64,000 nt of DNA from a virus (IMGVR_UViG_3300045988_099631:1-64000), one strand, 5' to 3'; counted from the first letter of the stretch, positions 28,350 to 36,660 are shown. Notes: a model not told the origin generated them from the letters alone. Numbers and translations are program-made.

Positions 28350-28960
28350 TCAGATTTCCTCCGTTCATAGAAGAATTTGTTGTAGGCATCGTAGCGGTCT
28401 TGAATGTGTGTCGTCGCAACTGCGCCGGCCGTTTGGTCAATCAGGACATCGAAAAAGCATTTTCCGTCTCCGCACGGTGTCATTTCTGGGCAGCCCGCTC
28501 GGTAGACGCAGTTACATACTAGGGTGTCTGCAATCTCCGGCTGGATCTCATGCAGCGCCGCTTTGAAATCCTCGGCGTACTGTCGCGTCTCTGTTGAGGA
28601 CTGGCGGCACAAACGTTTCCGCATGGTATCGATTAGTGCCTGCACATTTGCATCGCCAGTGAAGTCAACAGGCGCGTCCTGCGGCAGTTTGTCGCGCGGG
28701 ATGCCGGTTCTGTCTGAGCGCTGAGACTTGATGTACTTCTCGAACTTGTGTCTGCTCCAGTGGGTAGCGACCCAGCTTTTGATTCCGCGCCATGTCCATT
28801 TTACTGAGATATCCCGGATTGGGCTGTGCTCCGCAAGGAGGATCTTCCGTTTGAATTCCGTACTCGGCTCATGGTCGAGCGGCGGCTTGCCGACCGTTGA
28901 CCGGCAATCGGAAGCGACCTCCATCCAGTCTCCCTTGATCTTCAAAATTTCCGTTTTCAT
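28346..28960 (-). CDS. ThyX (Thy1)-family-like protein, divergent
   Basis: 204 aa from ATG 28960. AEHSPIRD…, WSRHKFEKYIKSQRSDR and NVQALIDTMRKRLC…ETR parallel ThyX blocks. The canonical RHR….S…S.RY spacing is not kept. Confidence 0.4.
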   Translation of the reverse strand: MKTEILKIKGDWMEVASDCRSTVGKPPLDHEPSTEFKRKILLAEHSPIRDISVKWTWRGIKSWVATHWSRHKFEKYIKSQRSDRTGIPRDKLPQDAPVDFTGDANVQALIDTMRKRLCRQSSTETRQYAEDFKAALHEIQPEIADTLVCNCVYRAGCPEMTPCGDGKCFFDVLIDQTAGAVATTHIQDRYDAYNKFFYERRKSE

Positions 28961-29250
28961 GATTTCTCCCGTTCTTTCAGAAAATCTTTCAGCCGTTCGC
29001 ATTCATCCATGCAGCTTCTTGTATATGGATTTCCCCACCCCGTCACGCAATCGTCGCACGGTGTCGGCGTTCCCATCAGTGATTCTTTCAGCCGTGCGTT
29101 TTCATTTGAAATCTTTTCAATCAAATCAATCGTATCATTGAAAAGCCTCTGCTTGCAGTGGACGAACGGCCTGTATCGGCATACCCCGCACTCGTTCTTT
29201 TCGTTCTGAGTACAGTATCGAAGTGCTTCCACGACCTTTTCTTTTTCCAT
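28957..29250 (-). CDS. Hypothetical protein (ALR.C…C..C…LIE.L family)
   Basis: 97 aa from ATG 29250 (TGATG overlap). EALRYC…CGVC…DLIEKISNENARLKE is related to the N-termini of 55875-56258 and 56255-56605. Confidence 0.4.
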   Translation of the reverse strand: MEKEKVVEALRYCTQNEKNECGVCRYRPFVHCKQRLFNDTIDLIEKISNENARLKESLMGTPTPCDDCVTGWGNPYTRSCMDECERLKDFLKEREKS

Positions 29251-29783
29251 CAACGTCTCCCAATTTTCAGATATTGATTTTCGTTGTGCGTGTACTCTGG
29301 GAAAAACAGGAGCAATCTCGCCGTCAATATCGCCGTCTTGGTCAGCTCCCGGTCCACGAAAAACCATCCCCTCCAGCAAAGAGAAGCGTATACGCTCTTT
29401 TCAACAAGCTCCGCGTTCTCCCTTGCGCAGTTTTTGGGGTTCCCGTCCAGCCATACAAGATTTCCGTCTTTCCCCGGAAAATACTTTTCCTTGAAATATT
29501 TGTTTGCGGCGGCATAACCGTTCTCCGTTTTCACCCTCGCTGGCTTTTTCCCATTCCATATGACCGTTCCAACGGGATTTTTCGCTCTTAACAGTTCTCT
29601 GCGTACATTGTGCGTTCCCTTGCGAATTCCAAGCTTATGCACTCTTTTTTGCAAATTGCGAAAATCTGTCGGATGCTCCGGGAACCTCGCCACAAACAGC
29701 TCTGTCAGATCATAATAAGTCCGTGCAGTTTGTGTGTGTTCCCGAAGAAAAGCGTCCTGCTCCGCAGTAAACCTAACCGCCAT
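29250..29783 (-). CDS. HNH-type homing-endonuclease-like protein (degenerate)
   Basis: 177 aa. Myb-like N-terminus (FTAEQDAFLREH…), then LVWLDGNPKNCARENAELV in place of the usual HH.DGN..NN…NL. Confidence 0.45.
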   Translation of the reverse strand: MAVRFTAEQDAFLREHTQTARTYYDLTELFVARFPEHPTDFRNLQKRVHKLGIRKGTHNVRRELLRAKNPVGTVIWNGKKPARVKTENGYAAANKYFKEKYFPGKDGNLVWLDGNPKNCARENAELVEKSVYASLCWRGWFFVDRELTKTAILTARLLLFFPEYTHNENQYLKIGRR

Positions 29784-29979
29784 TCAGTTCTCCTACAACG
29801 CTATTGATGCGCTTTCCGTCCGCTTTTGTGTATTTGTCGGCACGCATAACAACGTCGGCATTGTTTATCATCTGCTTTGCAATGCTGGCAATCGCTCTCG
29901 CGTGTTCCACGTCCGCCGTACCATTCACCATCGCAGATATCTGTTCCCCAAGAACATTTTGCAGCTCAAGTAATGTCAT
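29773..29979 (-). CDS. Small hypothetical protein
   Basis: 68 aa from ATG 29979 (ATGA overlap with the stop of the MTase ORF). Confidence 0.35.
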   Translation of the reverse strand: MTLLELQNVLGEQISAMVNGTADVEHARAIASIAKQMINNADVVMRADKYTKADGKRINSVVGELNGG

Positions 29980-31576
29980 TTCTTCACCTCCATCAGATGC
30001 CTCCACGCATCCCCATCTCCGTTTTCATCCCCAAAATGCCGTTTCGTGACCGCGATGCAAAACGGTTCAATTTCACTTGCCCACTTGACACTGTTCCAGC
30101 CGTTGAGCTGCATCCAGATCAAAGGGAATCCGCCGATCCCGTCAAAAAGACTCCCCATCGTCGCGTCGCGCTCGTATTGCGCGCAAAGCCGCTTTAGAAC
30201 CCACTTCCACGGCGGCAGTGCGATGGAGTTTCCCAGCGCCTTATACCGCGCACTGTCCGATGATTCCTTGTGAAGCTTTCCCTTTTCGTCTGTCCATGCT
30301 CCGATGTCTGTCCAACCATCAGGGAAATTTTGAAGACGCTCGCACTCCAATGGTGTCAGTCGGCGCACGATTCCGGTTGGAGCGCTTTCATGTGTATCAG
30401 GACGTTCCGCCGAACATATGAGCATATCATTGTATGCGTCCTGACCGTTGTAACTTCCTGCATGAGCGCCTGGTGAAAGTGTCCCTGCGACTTTCTGATA
30501 TGTCAGCGGCACTTGATTTCCGCCCGTTCCCATCCTGCTTTGTAGCGTCGGCACTACCTCCCCGCACTCTCGGATCACGTCGTTTGCATGGCTCATGTCC
30601 AGAATTGCCGGTTTGTTTCCGCCGCACTCCGCATTAAGTGTGGGGCTCAGTTCTTCGGCATACCCGATGCTCCGCGCATTTTCGCCATTGCCAAGCTTAA
30701 ATCCCGCGCAATACACGCCATGCCTGTCGGCAGCCGTGAGCGTCGGAGAGGGTTCCCCGTCGTGTCCCACTCCGAGTCCGTTTCCCGCACCATCGTCTTT
30801 TCTGGTGTCACCACCGCCAGAGAATCGAGTTGCCTTGTCGTTGATAGGTACACAGAAAACGCTTTGTCTGTTCTGACCGATATTTTCCCGCGCTGGAAGC
30901 GTAGGCCAAATTCCGTCCGCGCCGTATACACGATTTGTCTGCGTATCATACGGGGTCAGGCATCCTGCCCATGCGCCTGATTCGTGAGTGCCGCTTTCAG
31001 TGCCTCTGGAAGATCCTTCCCCCGCTTCTCCGCCCGCCGCAGGATGCCCATACACGCCTTTGGTGTTAAAGAGTATTTCGTGTGCGGTCGTTCCTCCAAA
31101 ATCTGCGACAAGCGCGATTCTACGGCGGCGTTGGGGCACTCCCCACCATTGCGCGTCGAGCACGCGCCAAGCCACGCTCCATCGTCCGTCCACGTCCCTG
31201 TACCCCCCCCCAAGTTGGCCACCCCTTGTCAGGCACTTGAATATCGGGAGCTTCCGGCTCTGCGACGCGGATTGCTTCTTCGAGGACTGCCGCGAAGTCA
31301 CGGCCCTTTTGGCTACTCTGGGCACCAACGACGTTTTCCCATACCATGTATCTTGGTCGAACAAACTCACCTGTCCGTCCGGTCTTTCTGTCATGCTCTC
31401 GCATCTCCTTGATAATTCTGATTTGTTCCATGAAAAGGCCAGAACGTTCGCCTGCAAGTCCTTTGCGCTTTCCAGCTATTGACAAGTCCTGTCTAACAAG
31501 GTGAACCACCAATTATGCAGTCAACCGGTTCGATTTCCGCGCCGTTGATTTTGCAAATATCGCCAAGATGAATCAC
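29976..31576 (-). pseudogene. C5-cytosine DNA methyltransferase, motif order IV-VI-VIII-TRD-IX-X-I-II, two frame breaks
   Basis: GGSPC|TAG (31493-31495), then QDLSIAGKRKGL…WENV in the next frame. After the G9 tract come WGVPQRRRRIALVADFGG, RRLTPLECERLQNFPDGW and GNSIALP, then MGSLFDGIGGF…WASEIEPF at the C-terminal end. Confidence 0.6.
31203..31211 (-). repeat. Homopolymeric G9 (C9 on plus strand) inside the methyltransferase
   Basis: tacccccccccaag read directly. It lies exactly where the reading frames change. Confidence 0.9.
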
Positions 31577-31909
31577 CTAAATCACCCCCAGTTTTTTCTT
31601 GTAGTTGTATACGGTTCTCCTGGTTATGCCGAGCTCCGCGCAGATCTTCGCTTGTGGTGTCTTCAACTGAATCATTTCCTTCAGCCGGTTCAAGTCAATC
31701 TGTCCACCGATGTTTGGCCTTCCAGGCTTTTCTCTTTTACCACCTTCCAGACAGTTGCAGCACTCCGAGCTGGCATACGGACAATGATGGAGGCAGAAAT
31801 CAATTTCGTCCTGCGTATCGCAAGTGTGGCTTTCTACTGGGTCTTCCCGGTAAGCACTGTTCCACGGCGCAACTGCCAGCCTGAAAACATTTTCGCGCAT
31901 CGATTCCAT
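31577..31909 (-). CDS. Cys-rich protein with C-terminal HTH
   Basis: 110 aa. The C-terminus KICAELGITRRTVYNYKKKLG is a resolvase/terminase-type HTH. Confidence 0.45.
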   Translation of the reverse strand: MESMRENVFRLAVAPWNSAYREDPVESHTCDTQDEIDFCLHHCPYASSECCNCLEGGKREKPGRPNIGGQIDLNRLKEMIQLKTPQAKICAELGITRRTVYNYKKKLGVI

Positions 31910-31925
31910 TGTTTCTGCCTCCGAT

Positions 31926-32468
31926 TCAAACTTCCGTTATTCTGATTCCGTGTATCCAGAGCATTAGTTTCCGCTTCAGTACAAACTTCGCATAAGGTGC
32001 CGAAGACGGATTTCTGTAGCCCTTCGAGTCCTCCACGATTGTTTCTCCATCCTTCTCGTAAACGAAATCGGCGATATAAGACACCTTCCGTTCAAGAAGA
32101 ATGCGCTTGTCCTTGATTCTCGCTCCATGCTTTCCGTATTGCTCGACGGTTTTATATTGCGCTGGAATCAGGAGGTATTCTTTCTGCCATTCAAGGTTCT
32201 GAATAACTCCCTGTTTTTCCAAAAGCACGAGTTCATCGTACCGATCCGCCTCACGCTTGCTGTCGAAGGTCTTGCCTCCGCGAGTAACCTTCTTGTTTCG
32301 CAGTTTTGGTGGCTTATCGGTTTTGCCCTTTTTCACAGCTACTTTCCGATTTTCGGCCTTGTCCGAGGACTGTATTGACGCCCTCCGCTGCATTTCTTGT
32401 ATGATCTTTTGCTCCGCCTGCCGTCTGTATGGCTCCGGCAAGTCAGATAGGCTAATTCCCTTTCCCAT
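31926..32468 (-). CDS. DUF1064-family protein
   Basis: 180 aa. GGKTFDSKREADRYDEL.LLEKQGVI…YIADFVY…VEDSKG matches the DUF1064 pattern. Confidence 0.5.
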   Translation of the reverse strand: MGKGISLSDLPEPYRRQAEQKIIQEMQRRASIQSSDKAENRKVAVKKGKTDKPPKLRNKKVTRGGKTFDSKREADRYDELVLLEKQGVIQNLEWQKEYLLIPAQYKTVEQYGKHGARIKDKRILLERKVSYIADFVYEKDGETIVEDSKGYRNPSSAPYAKFVLKRKLMLWIHGIRITEV

Positions 32469-32478
32469 TGAAAAGTCC

Positions 32479-33054
32479 TCAAATTGTCAGCTCGTAGTCA
32501 TCGCCATCAGCCGCTTCTCCGCCATCCGTTTCCTGTGGTTCTTCTCCCTGCATGGACTGACAAAGTTCCCAAAACGCATCTACGAAGCCGGTGTTGAATG
32601 CCCGCATGAATTCTGTCCTGTCGTGCATATATCCTTTTGCCATCGCGTTTGCAAACGCAGTCCAGAGGCAGTCGATCATTTCTTCGCGGTATCCATCGCC
32701 CTGAATGGCAATCTGTTCAACCCTCAGTTCAGCCCACGTTTTCTCCTCACCGGCGCTGTTTTTGTATTCTTTGCTTGACCATCTTCCGACGATTAAAACC
32801 TGATCGCCCTTCCGAACGCGCTGCGCGATATTGGTTTGAGGAGATTCCCCTAATGCGAGGACGTTCATGAACTTTTTTTCCTCGTATGCTACGCCAAATG
32901 TGACCTTTGGCATCGGGGGTTTGTTGTTTGAACCCTTTGTGTATTCGAGCTTTGCGTCCCGCGTAACCTTTCCCCAAATAAGCATGGTTTCGCATGACTG
33001 CCGCTTCGGGTCTTTTGGGTCCTGTGTGACCCCGCCGTTTATGATTGGCCTCAT
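32479..33054 (-). CDS. OB-fold single-strand-binding-like protein
   Basis: 191 aa with an acidic C-terminal tail, located next to recT. The match is weak. Confidence 0.35.
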   Translation of the reverse strand: MRPIINGGVTQDPKDPKRQSCETMLIWGKVTRDAKLEYTKGSNNKPPMPKVTFGVAYEEKKFMNVLALGESPQTNIAQRVRKGDQVLIVGRWSSKEYKNSAGEEKTWAELRVEQIAIQGDGYREEMIDCLWTAFANAMAKGYMHDRTEFMRAFNTGFVDAFWELCQSMQGEEPQETDGGEAADGDDYELTI

Positions 33055-34091
33055 TATTCACCACCGCCGAAAAAGCCATCGTCCGTGTAGGACGTTCCTA
33101 CTGCTTCCGGCTTGCTTTCGGTTGCTGCCTTTTTCCGCTTGACGGGTTCGGGAGCCTGTACCTCTTCCTGCTTGGCATCATTTCTTCGATCAAGTTCAGC
33201 GCTCACGGCAGTTTCATCGAAGAAGTCATCGTCCGATGCAGCAGTGATAGCAGGAGTTGTCGGAACCGCGCCAGTCACTTCTCCAGTTGACTTGTCAACG
33301 TTGATAATCGGCATATCGGGAATGATGCCTGATTCGGAATCATTGTCCATCGCATAACGAACTTCATTTGAGAGAGGCGCATAGCCAGAGTTCAAAAGGC
33401 TTCGTAGGACTGTTTTCTTGCACATTCTTTCCTGACCGCCGCCAACATCGTACCATGGCGTCGATTTGCGCATCTTTTCTTCCTCTTCCGCCGTCATTTC
33501 ACCAGCGATAAACTGGTCATATTTGTCACGTTTGAACGCCTGCGCGTATTTTTCTGCATGATTCAGGAGTTTTTCCATAGACCAGTATTCACTTCTGAAG
33601 AGTCCGTCCTTCAACTCGAAGTATGCGTAATAGCCGGTGATTTTTGCGCTTTCACGTTCTTCATCCGTGTCGTATACGTTGAAGTCAAACGACGGTTTCC
33701 CAGTTCTGCGGTCACGTCCCTTATATTCACCCTCGCGGATATCGATGCAATCGATATCGTTGTAGACCCCCGTAGAAAGAGCCAGTTGGAGCATGCCTTT
33801 ATAACCAAGGATAAAACTGCACGTCTGTCCATACGGCACAAGATAATATCCCATGCCAAGGGTCAGCCCCATACCTTCACCACGAAGTGCGGCTGCGACG
33901 ATTGTTCCTGGGTCACACATTTTAAGCTGTTCGGATGCGTTGACAGCGGAAATCAGCGTAGATGTGAATCTTGCAGCGACCTTATCGTCTTTCAGCGACT
34001 TCTGAATAAGTCCTTGCATCGCATTGGACGTGATGGCGTTTGAAAACGTCTGCGTCTTTGCAGGCGGCGTAAGTCTAGTTGTTGCGTTCAT
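33054..34091 (-). CDS. recT: RecT-family single-strand annealing protein
   Basis: 345 aa. …CDPGTIVAAALRGEGMGLTL…YLVPYG….ILGYKGMLQLA is typical of RecT. Sits in a DUF1351 and YqaJ neighbourhood. Confidence 0.65.
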   Translation of the reverse strand: MNATTRLTPPAKTQTFSNAITSNAMQGLIQKSLKDDKVAARFTSTLISAVNASEQLKMCDPGTIVAAALRGEGMGLTLGMGYYLVPYGQTCSFILGYKGMLQLALSTGVYNDIDCIDIREGEYKGRDRRTGKPSFDFNVYDTDEERESAKITGYYAYFELKDGLFRSEYWSMEKLLNHAEKYAQAFKRDKYDQFIAGEMTAEEEEKMRKSTPWYDVGGGQERMCKKTVLRSLLNSGYAPLSNEVRYAMDNDSESGIIPDMPIINVDKSTGEVTGAVPTTPAITAASDDDFFDETAVSAELDRRNDAKQEEVQAPEPVKRKKAATESKPEAVGTSYTDDGFFGGGE

Positions 34092-34112
34092 ATTTCACAT
34101 TCCTTTCGTATA

Positions 34113-35069
34113 TCAGTCTCCGAATTTTGGTACACGGCAGAACCGGATGCCGTTAGCGTTCAGCCAGTCCCGAAGTTTGATTTTCTGTTCATTGGTAACG
34201 TACACTCTGAAATCGAGCACAGAAACCGGTTCCGCTTGCGCGTTTTCCATCCCCTCGACGTGGGAAAGATTTGACGAATTCAGCATTTCTTCCGCCCGGC
34301 GCGCAGTTTCTTCTTCGATTCTCCGTTGTGCGTCCCTTTCGGCCTGCTCGCGCTGTGCCTTTTCCGCAGCAGCTTCGTGCGCCGCAATCGCCTCACGTCT
34401 TGCGCGTTCGGCTGCTTCTTCGGCAGCTCTGCGTGCTTCCCGCTCCTTCTTCAGCCTATTCAGTTCTCCGCCGCGCCGCATGGCCGCTCCAAGGTCAAGC
34501 GTTTTCTGATATTCCAGAAAGATTTCACTCTCAAACTCTCCGCCAGCTTCTGTGATGGTTGCAACGTTCTCTGCAATGGTGCTCACAGTTTGCTGGATGT
34601 CCGCTTTTGCCGTTTCCATGTCATAAGTGACATTCATCCAGCGCGGGTTTTCAATCCGTTCAAATTGAAGCCACGCTTGCTGATTGAGCGATTCAAAGAA
34701 TGCTTTGAGTTCTTCCCGCTTCTCTGTTTTCCGTTTTTCATCAAAAGCCTTGACCTGTACGTCAATGTTCTTCGCAGCCTCGTCGCACATACCGGACAGT
34801 TCTTTCATTTTCGCCTCGAAGTCGTTGTACGGCTCCAGATAGCGTTTCTTGATTGCGATTCGCTGTTCTGATATGGTCTTTGACAGTTTTGAAATTTTGG
34901 CTTTATCAGCCTTTGCCGCTCCAATTTCGTCTTCGGTGACGACCATGCTCTTGTAAGATGCAAGATTCTCGGTCAGCCATGTTTTCACTTCCTCGAAGTT
35001 GAATGCGATACTCTGTGGAAGTGCTTTGTCGAGGTCGGTTATCATCCTGATTTCCGTTGTTTCCATCAA
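34113..35069 (-). CDS. DUF1351-like protein
   Basis: 318 aa. N-terminal …IAFNFEEVKTWL…Y…V.TEDEIGAAKADKAKISKL…; Ala/Glu/Arg-rich coiled coil. Typical partner of RecT in Bacillota phages. Confidence 0.5.
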   Translation of the reverse strand: MMETTEIRMITDLDKALPQSIAFNFEEVKTWLTENLASYKSMVVTEDEIGAAKADKAKISKLSKTISEQRIAIKKRYLEPYNDFEAKMKELSGMCDEAAKNIDVQVKAFDEKRKTEKREELKAFFESLNQQAWLQFERIENPRWMNVTYDMETAKADIQQTVSTIAENVATITEAGGEFESEIFLEYQKTLDLGAAMRRGGELNRLKKEREARRAAEEAAERARREAIAAHEAAAEKAQREQAERDAQRRIEEETARRAEEMLNSSNLSHVEGMENAQAEPVSVLDFRVYVTNEQKIKLRDWLNANGIRFCRVPKFGD

Positions 35070-35317
35070 GCGTTCACCTCCGGCATGTCGTATTCCGTAA
35101 TGCGCTTCAATGGGAAGTAATCAGGATTGACGGCAATTCGCGGCACATTCACCGCCACGACTATTGCTCTGTTCTTTCCCTTTCCAGCCGGCACAAGCAC
35201 ACGATCTCCAACGTTCAGTGCCATGTCTGTTTCATAGCTGTACCCGCGTCCGACGTATGCTTTCGCACTTTCTCTGTAAAATTTGACTTCAACGATCAAT
35301 GTGTTCCTTCCTTTCAT
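35066..35317 (-). CDS. Small hypothetical protein
   Basis: 83 aa from ATG 35317 (ATGA overlap). Confidence 0.35.
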   Translation of the reverse strand: MKGRNTLIVEVKFYRESAKAYVGRGYSYETDMALNVGDRVLVPAGKGKNRAIVVAVNVPRIAVNPDYFPLKRITEYDMPEVNA

Positions 35318-35961
35318 ATTCTCAAAGTCATCGGCGGCATCTGCCGCTTTTGGATGTACCCCCAGAACGTATCTGCTTTGTCCAGCAGCCATGCGAGGTC
35401 TTCTTCGCACTCTGCCCGTTCGATTCGGCGTGTTCGTATTGACCAGTCACCACGGATGTCCTGAAGCGCGGCAAACAGATCAACAAAATCCCATCCAGTA
35501 GCCAATAGCTGCCATTGCGTTTGGGCGAGGTAGTAAATCGGCACATTTCCGTCCGCCCACTTTTCGTAGTCAACTTTCTTCATGGTCTGACCGGTTTTGA
35601 TTTCAAGGATGCCGTGCCGACCGTTTTCGTCGGTAAGTTCTCCGTCAAGGGTCGCCGTCAGCCAGGGCCGCTCACTCTGAGCCAGAATGTCGTATGGGAA
35701 GTGCTCAACCTGCATTTGCGGATTCATGGCTACATACAACTCCCGAAGCGCTGGCTCCATCCGAACGCCGCGTTCAACCGCAGCATTCGCGGATATGTCC
35801 TTTTGCTTTTTTTGCCCCGTTTTTATTTTCCAGAGTTCCACTGGCGACATCCAAGGAGATAGCCCGCATACTGCCGCAGCATCCGAGCCGCCGATTCCGA
35901 GTTCCTGCCGGCCTTCCAGCCAGCTTTCCCGGTCTTCAAAATGTTTCCGGATTAGGCTCAT
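35314..35961 (-). CDS. YqaJ-type viral recombinase exonuclease
   Basis: 215 aa. GIGGSDAAAVCGLSPWMSPVELW is the YqaJ N-terminal signature. Confidence 0.65.
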   Translation of the reverse strand: MSLIRKHFEDRESWLEGRQELGIGGSDAAAVCGLSPWMSPVELWKIKTGQKKQKDISANAAVERGVRMEPALRELYVAMNPQMQVEHFPYDILAQSERPWLTATLDGELTDENGRHGILEIKTGQTMKKVDYEKWADGNVPIYYLAQTQWQLLATGWDFVDLFAALQDIRGDWSIRTRRIERAECEEDLAWLLDKADTFWGYIQKRQMPPMTLRI

Positions 35962-36179
35962 GGCTTCACCGCCTGATTCATGTCTTCCCAGGGAATATGC
36001 GCCCTCATGGAAATCATCTGTAATTCTCCGAGCGTAAACTGTCGAGGGTCGTTTATCTTTTTGCGTGCAGTTGGTACAGATCTACCAATCATTTCCGCGA
36101 CCTTCGATACAGGCGCATATCCTCTTATCAAACGAGTGACCCTTATGAAGTCAGGCTCTTTCTTCTTCAAGCGTGGCAT
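35958..36179 (-). CDS. Small HTH protein
   Basis: 73 aa. VSKVAEMIGRSVPTARKKIN is HTH-like. Confidence 0.35.
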   Translation of the reverse strand: MPRLKKKEPDFIRVTRLIRGYAPVSKVAEMIGRSVPTARKKINDPRQFTLGELQMISMRAHIPWEDMNQAVKP

Positions 36180-36307
36180 ATTTCCTCCTTGCGCTGCGTG
36201 TGCGCCAAAAACTCCTTATGGTGTTGAACTCCGGCGCATTCGGCGATGACTTCCGATGTCGTGAACGAGTCTTCTTTGTTTGGTGCCAAGAATACGAGAC
36301 TGTCCAT
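36167..36307 (-). CDS. Short Rha-N-terminus-like ORF (46 aa, below the ORF-track cutoff)
   Basis: ATG 36307 (GAGGTGGAG RBS) to TGA 36167. SLVFLAPNKEDSFTTSEVIAECAGVQHH recalls the Rha regulator N-terminus. Confidence 0.25.
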   Translation of the reverse strand: MDSLVFLAPNKEDSFTTSEVIAECAGVQHHKEFLAHTQRKEEICHA

Positions 36308-36318
36308 ATGTCTCCACC

Positions 36319-36582
36319 TCACAGTTCGATCTTGAGAACCTTTGCAATAGCCTTCGCCACATTTTCAGACTCTCTGGCACCGGCCATAAACGCATCAATC
36401 GTTTGCCTTTTATAGCCGGTCAGTTTCCCCAAATCCTCGTTCGTCAGTTTCCGTATCCGCTTCTGCTTTACGATTTCCGCTTTGAAAAGTTCGTAAATAG
36501 TTACACCCCCTAAGAAATTCACATAAAATTCATGATTTTCTCGTAAAGTAGGCTTGACAAATGCGGGCAAAAAAATTATCAT
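36319..36582 (-). CDS. Cro-like XRE-family HTH regulator (start uncertain)
   Basis: IYELFKAEIVKQKRIRKLTNEDLGKLTGYKRQTIDAFMAG is an XRE HTH. The only good RBS (GGGGGTG near 36505) precedes a non-ATG codon, so the real product is probably ~65 aa. Confidence 0.5.
   Translation of the reverse strand: MIIFLPAFVKPTLRENHEFYVNFLGGVTIYELFKAEIVKQKRIRKLTNEDLGKLTGYKRQTIDAFMAGARESENVAKAIAKVLKIEL
36554..36582 (+). promoter_or_regulatory. Rightward sigma-70-type promoter inside the Cro leader
   Basis: TTGACA (36554-36559), 17-nt spacer, TATCAT (36577-36582). Confidence 0.4.
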
Positions 36583-36612
36583 GCTAGTGTCAAATCACAT
36601 GAAACAGGTGCC

Positions 36613-36650
36613 GTCTTTTGGTTTCTCATCCCCAAAAGGCTTGGTTTTTT
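36613..36650 (+). terminator. Candidate intrinsic terminator (plus strand)
   Basis: 9-bp stem GTCTTTTGG / CCAAAAGGC, 10-nt loop, then TTGGTTTTTT. Confidence 0.4.
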
Positions 36651-36660
36651 ATTGCCTTTC

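Noticed and set aside
30647-30949. 100-aa minus-strand ORF in a third frame of the methyltransferase TRD, plus ORFs 30427-30627 and 30984-31482 (+).
   Set aside because: The products show no protein-like pattern and have no RBS. They appear to be by-products of the stop-poor composition of this gene, unlike the SD-preceded nested ORF reported separately.
31489-31498. Programmed +1 frameshift at UGU UAG A in the methyltransferase (prfB-like).
   Set aside because: The P-site codon UGU cannot re-pair in the +1 frame (GUU). No upstream SD-like stimulator is positioned correctly. The product would also carry an extra Arg inside the invariant PCQ motif. A 4-nt insertion is the simpler explanation.
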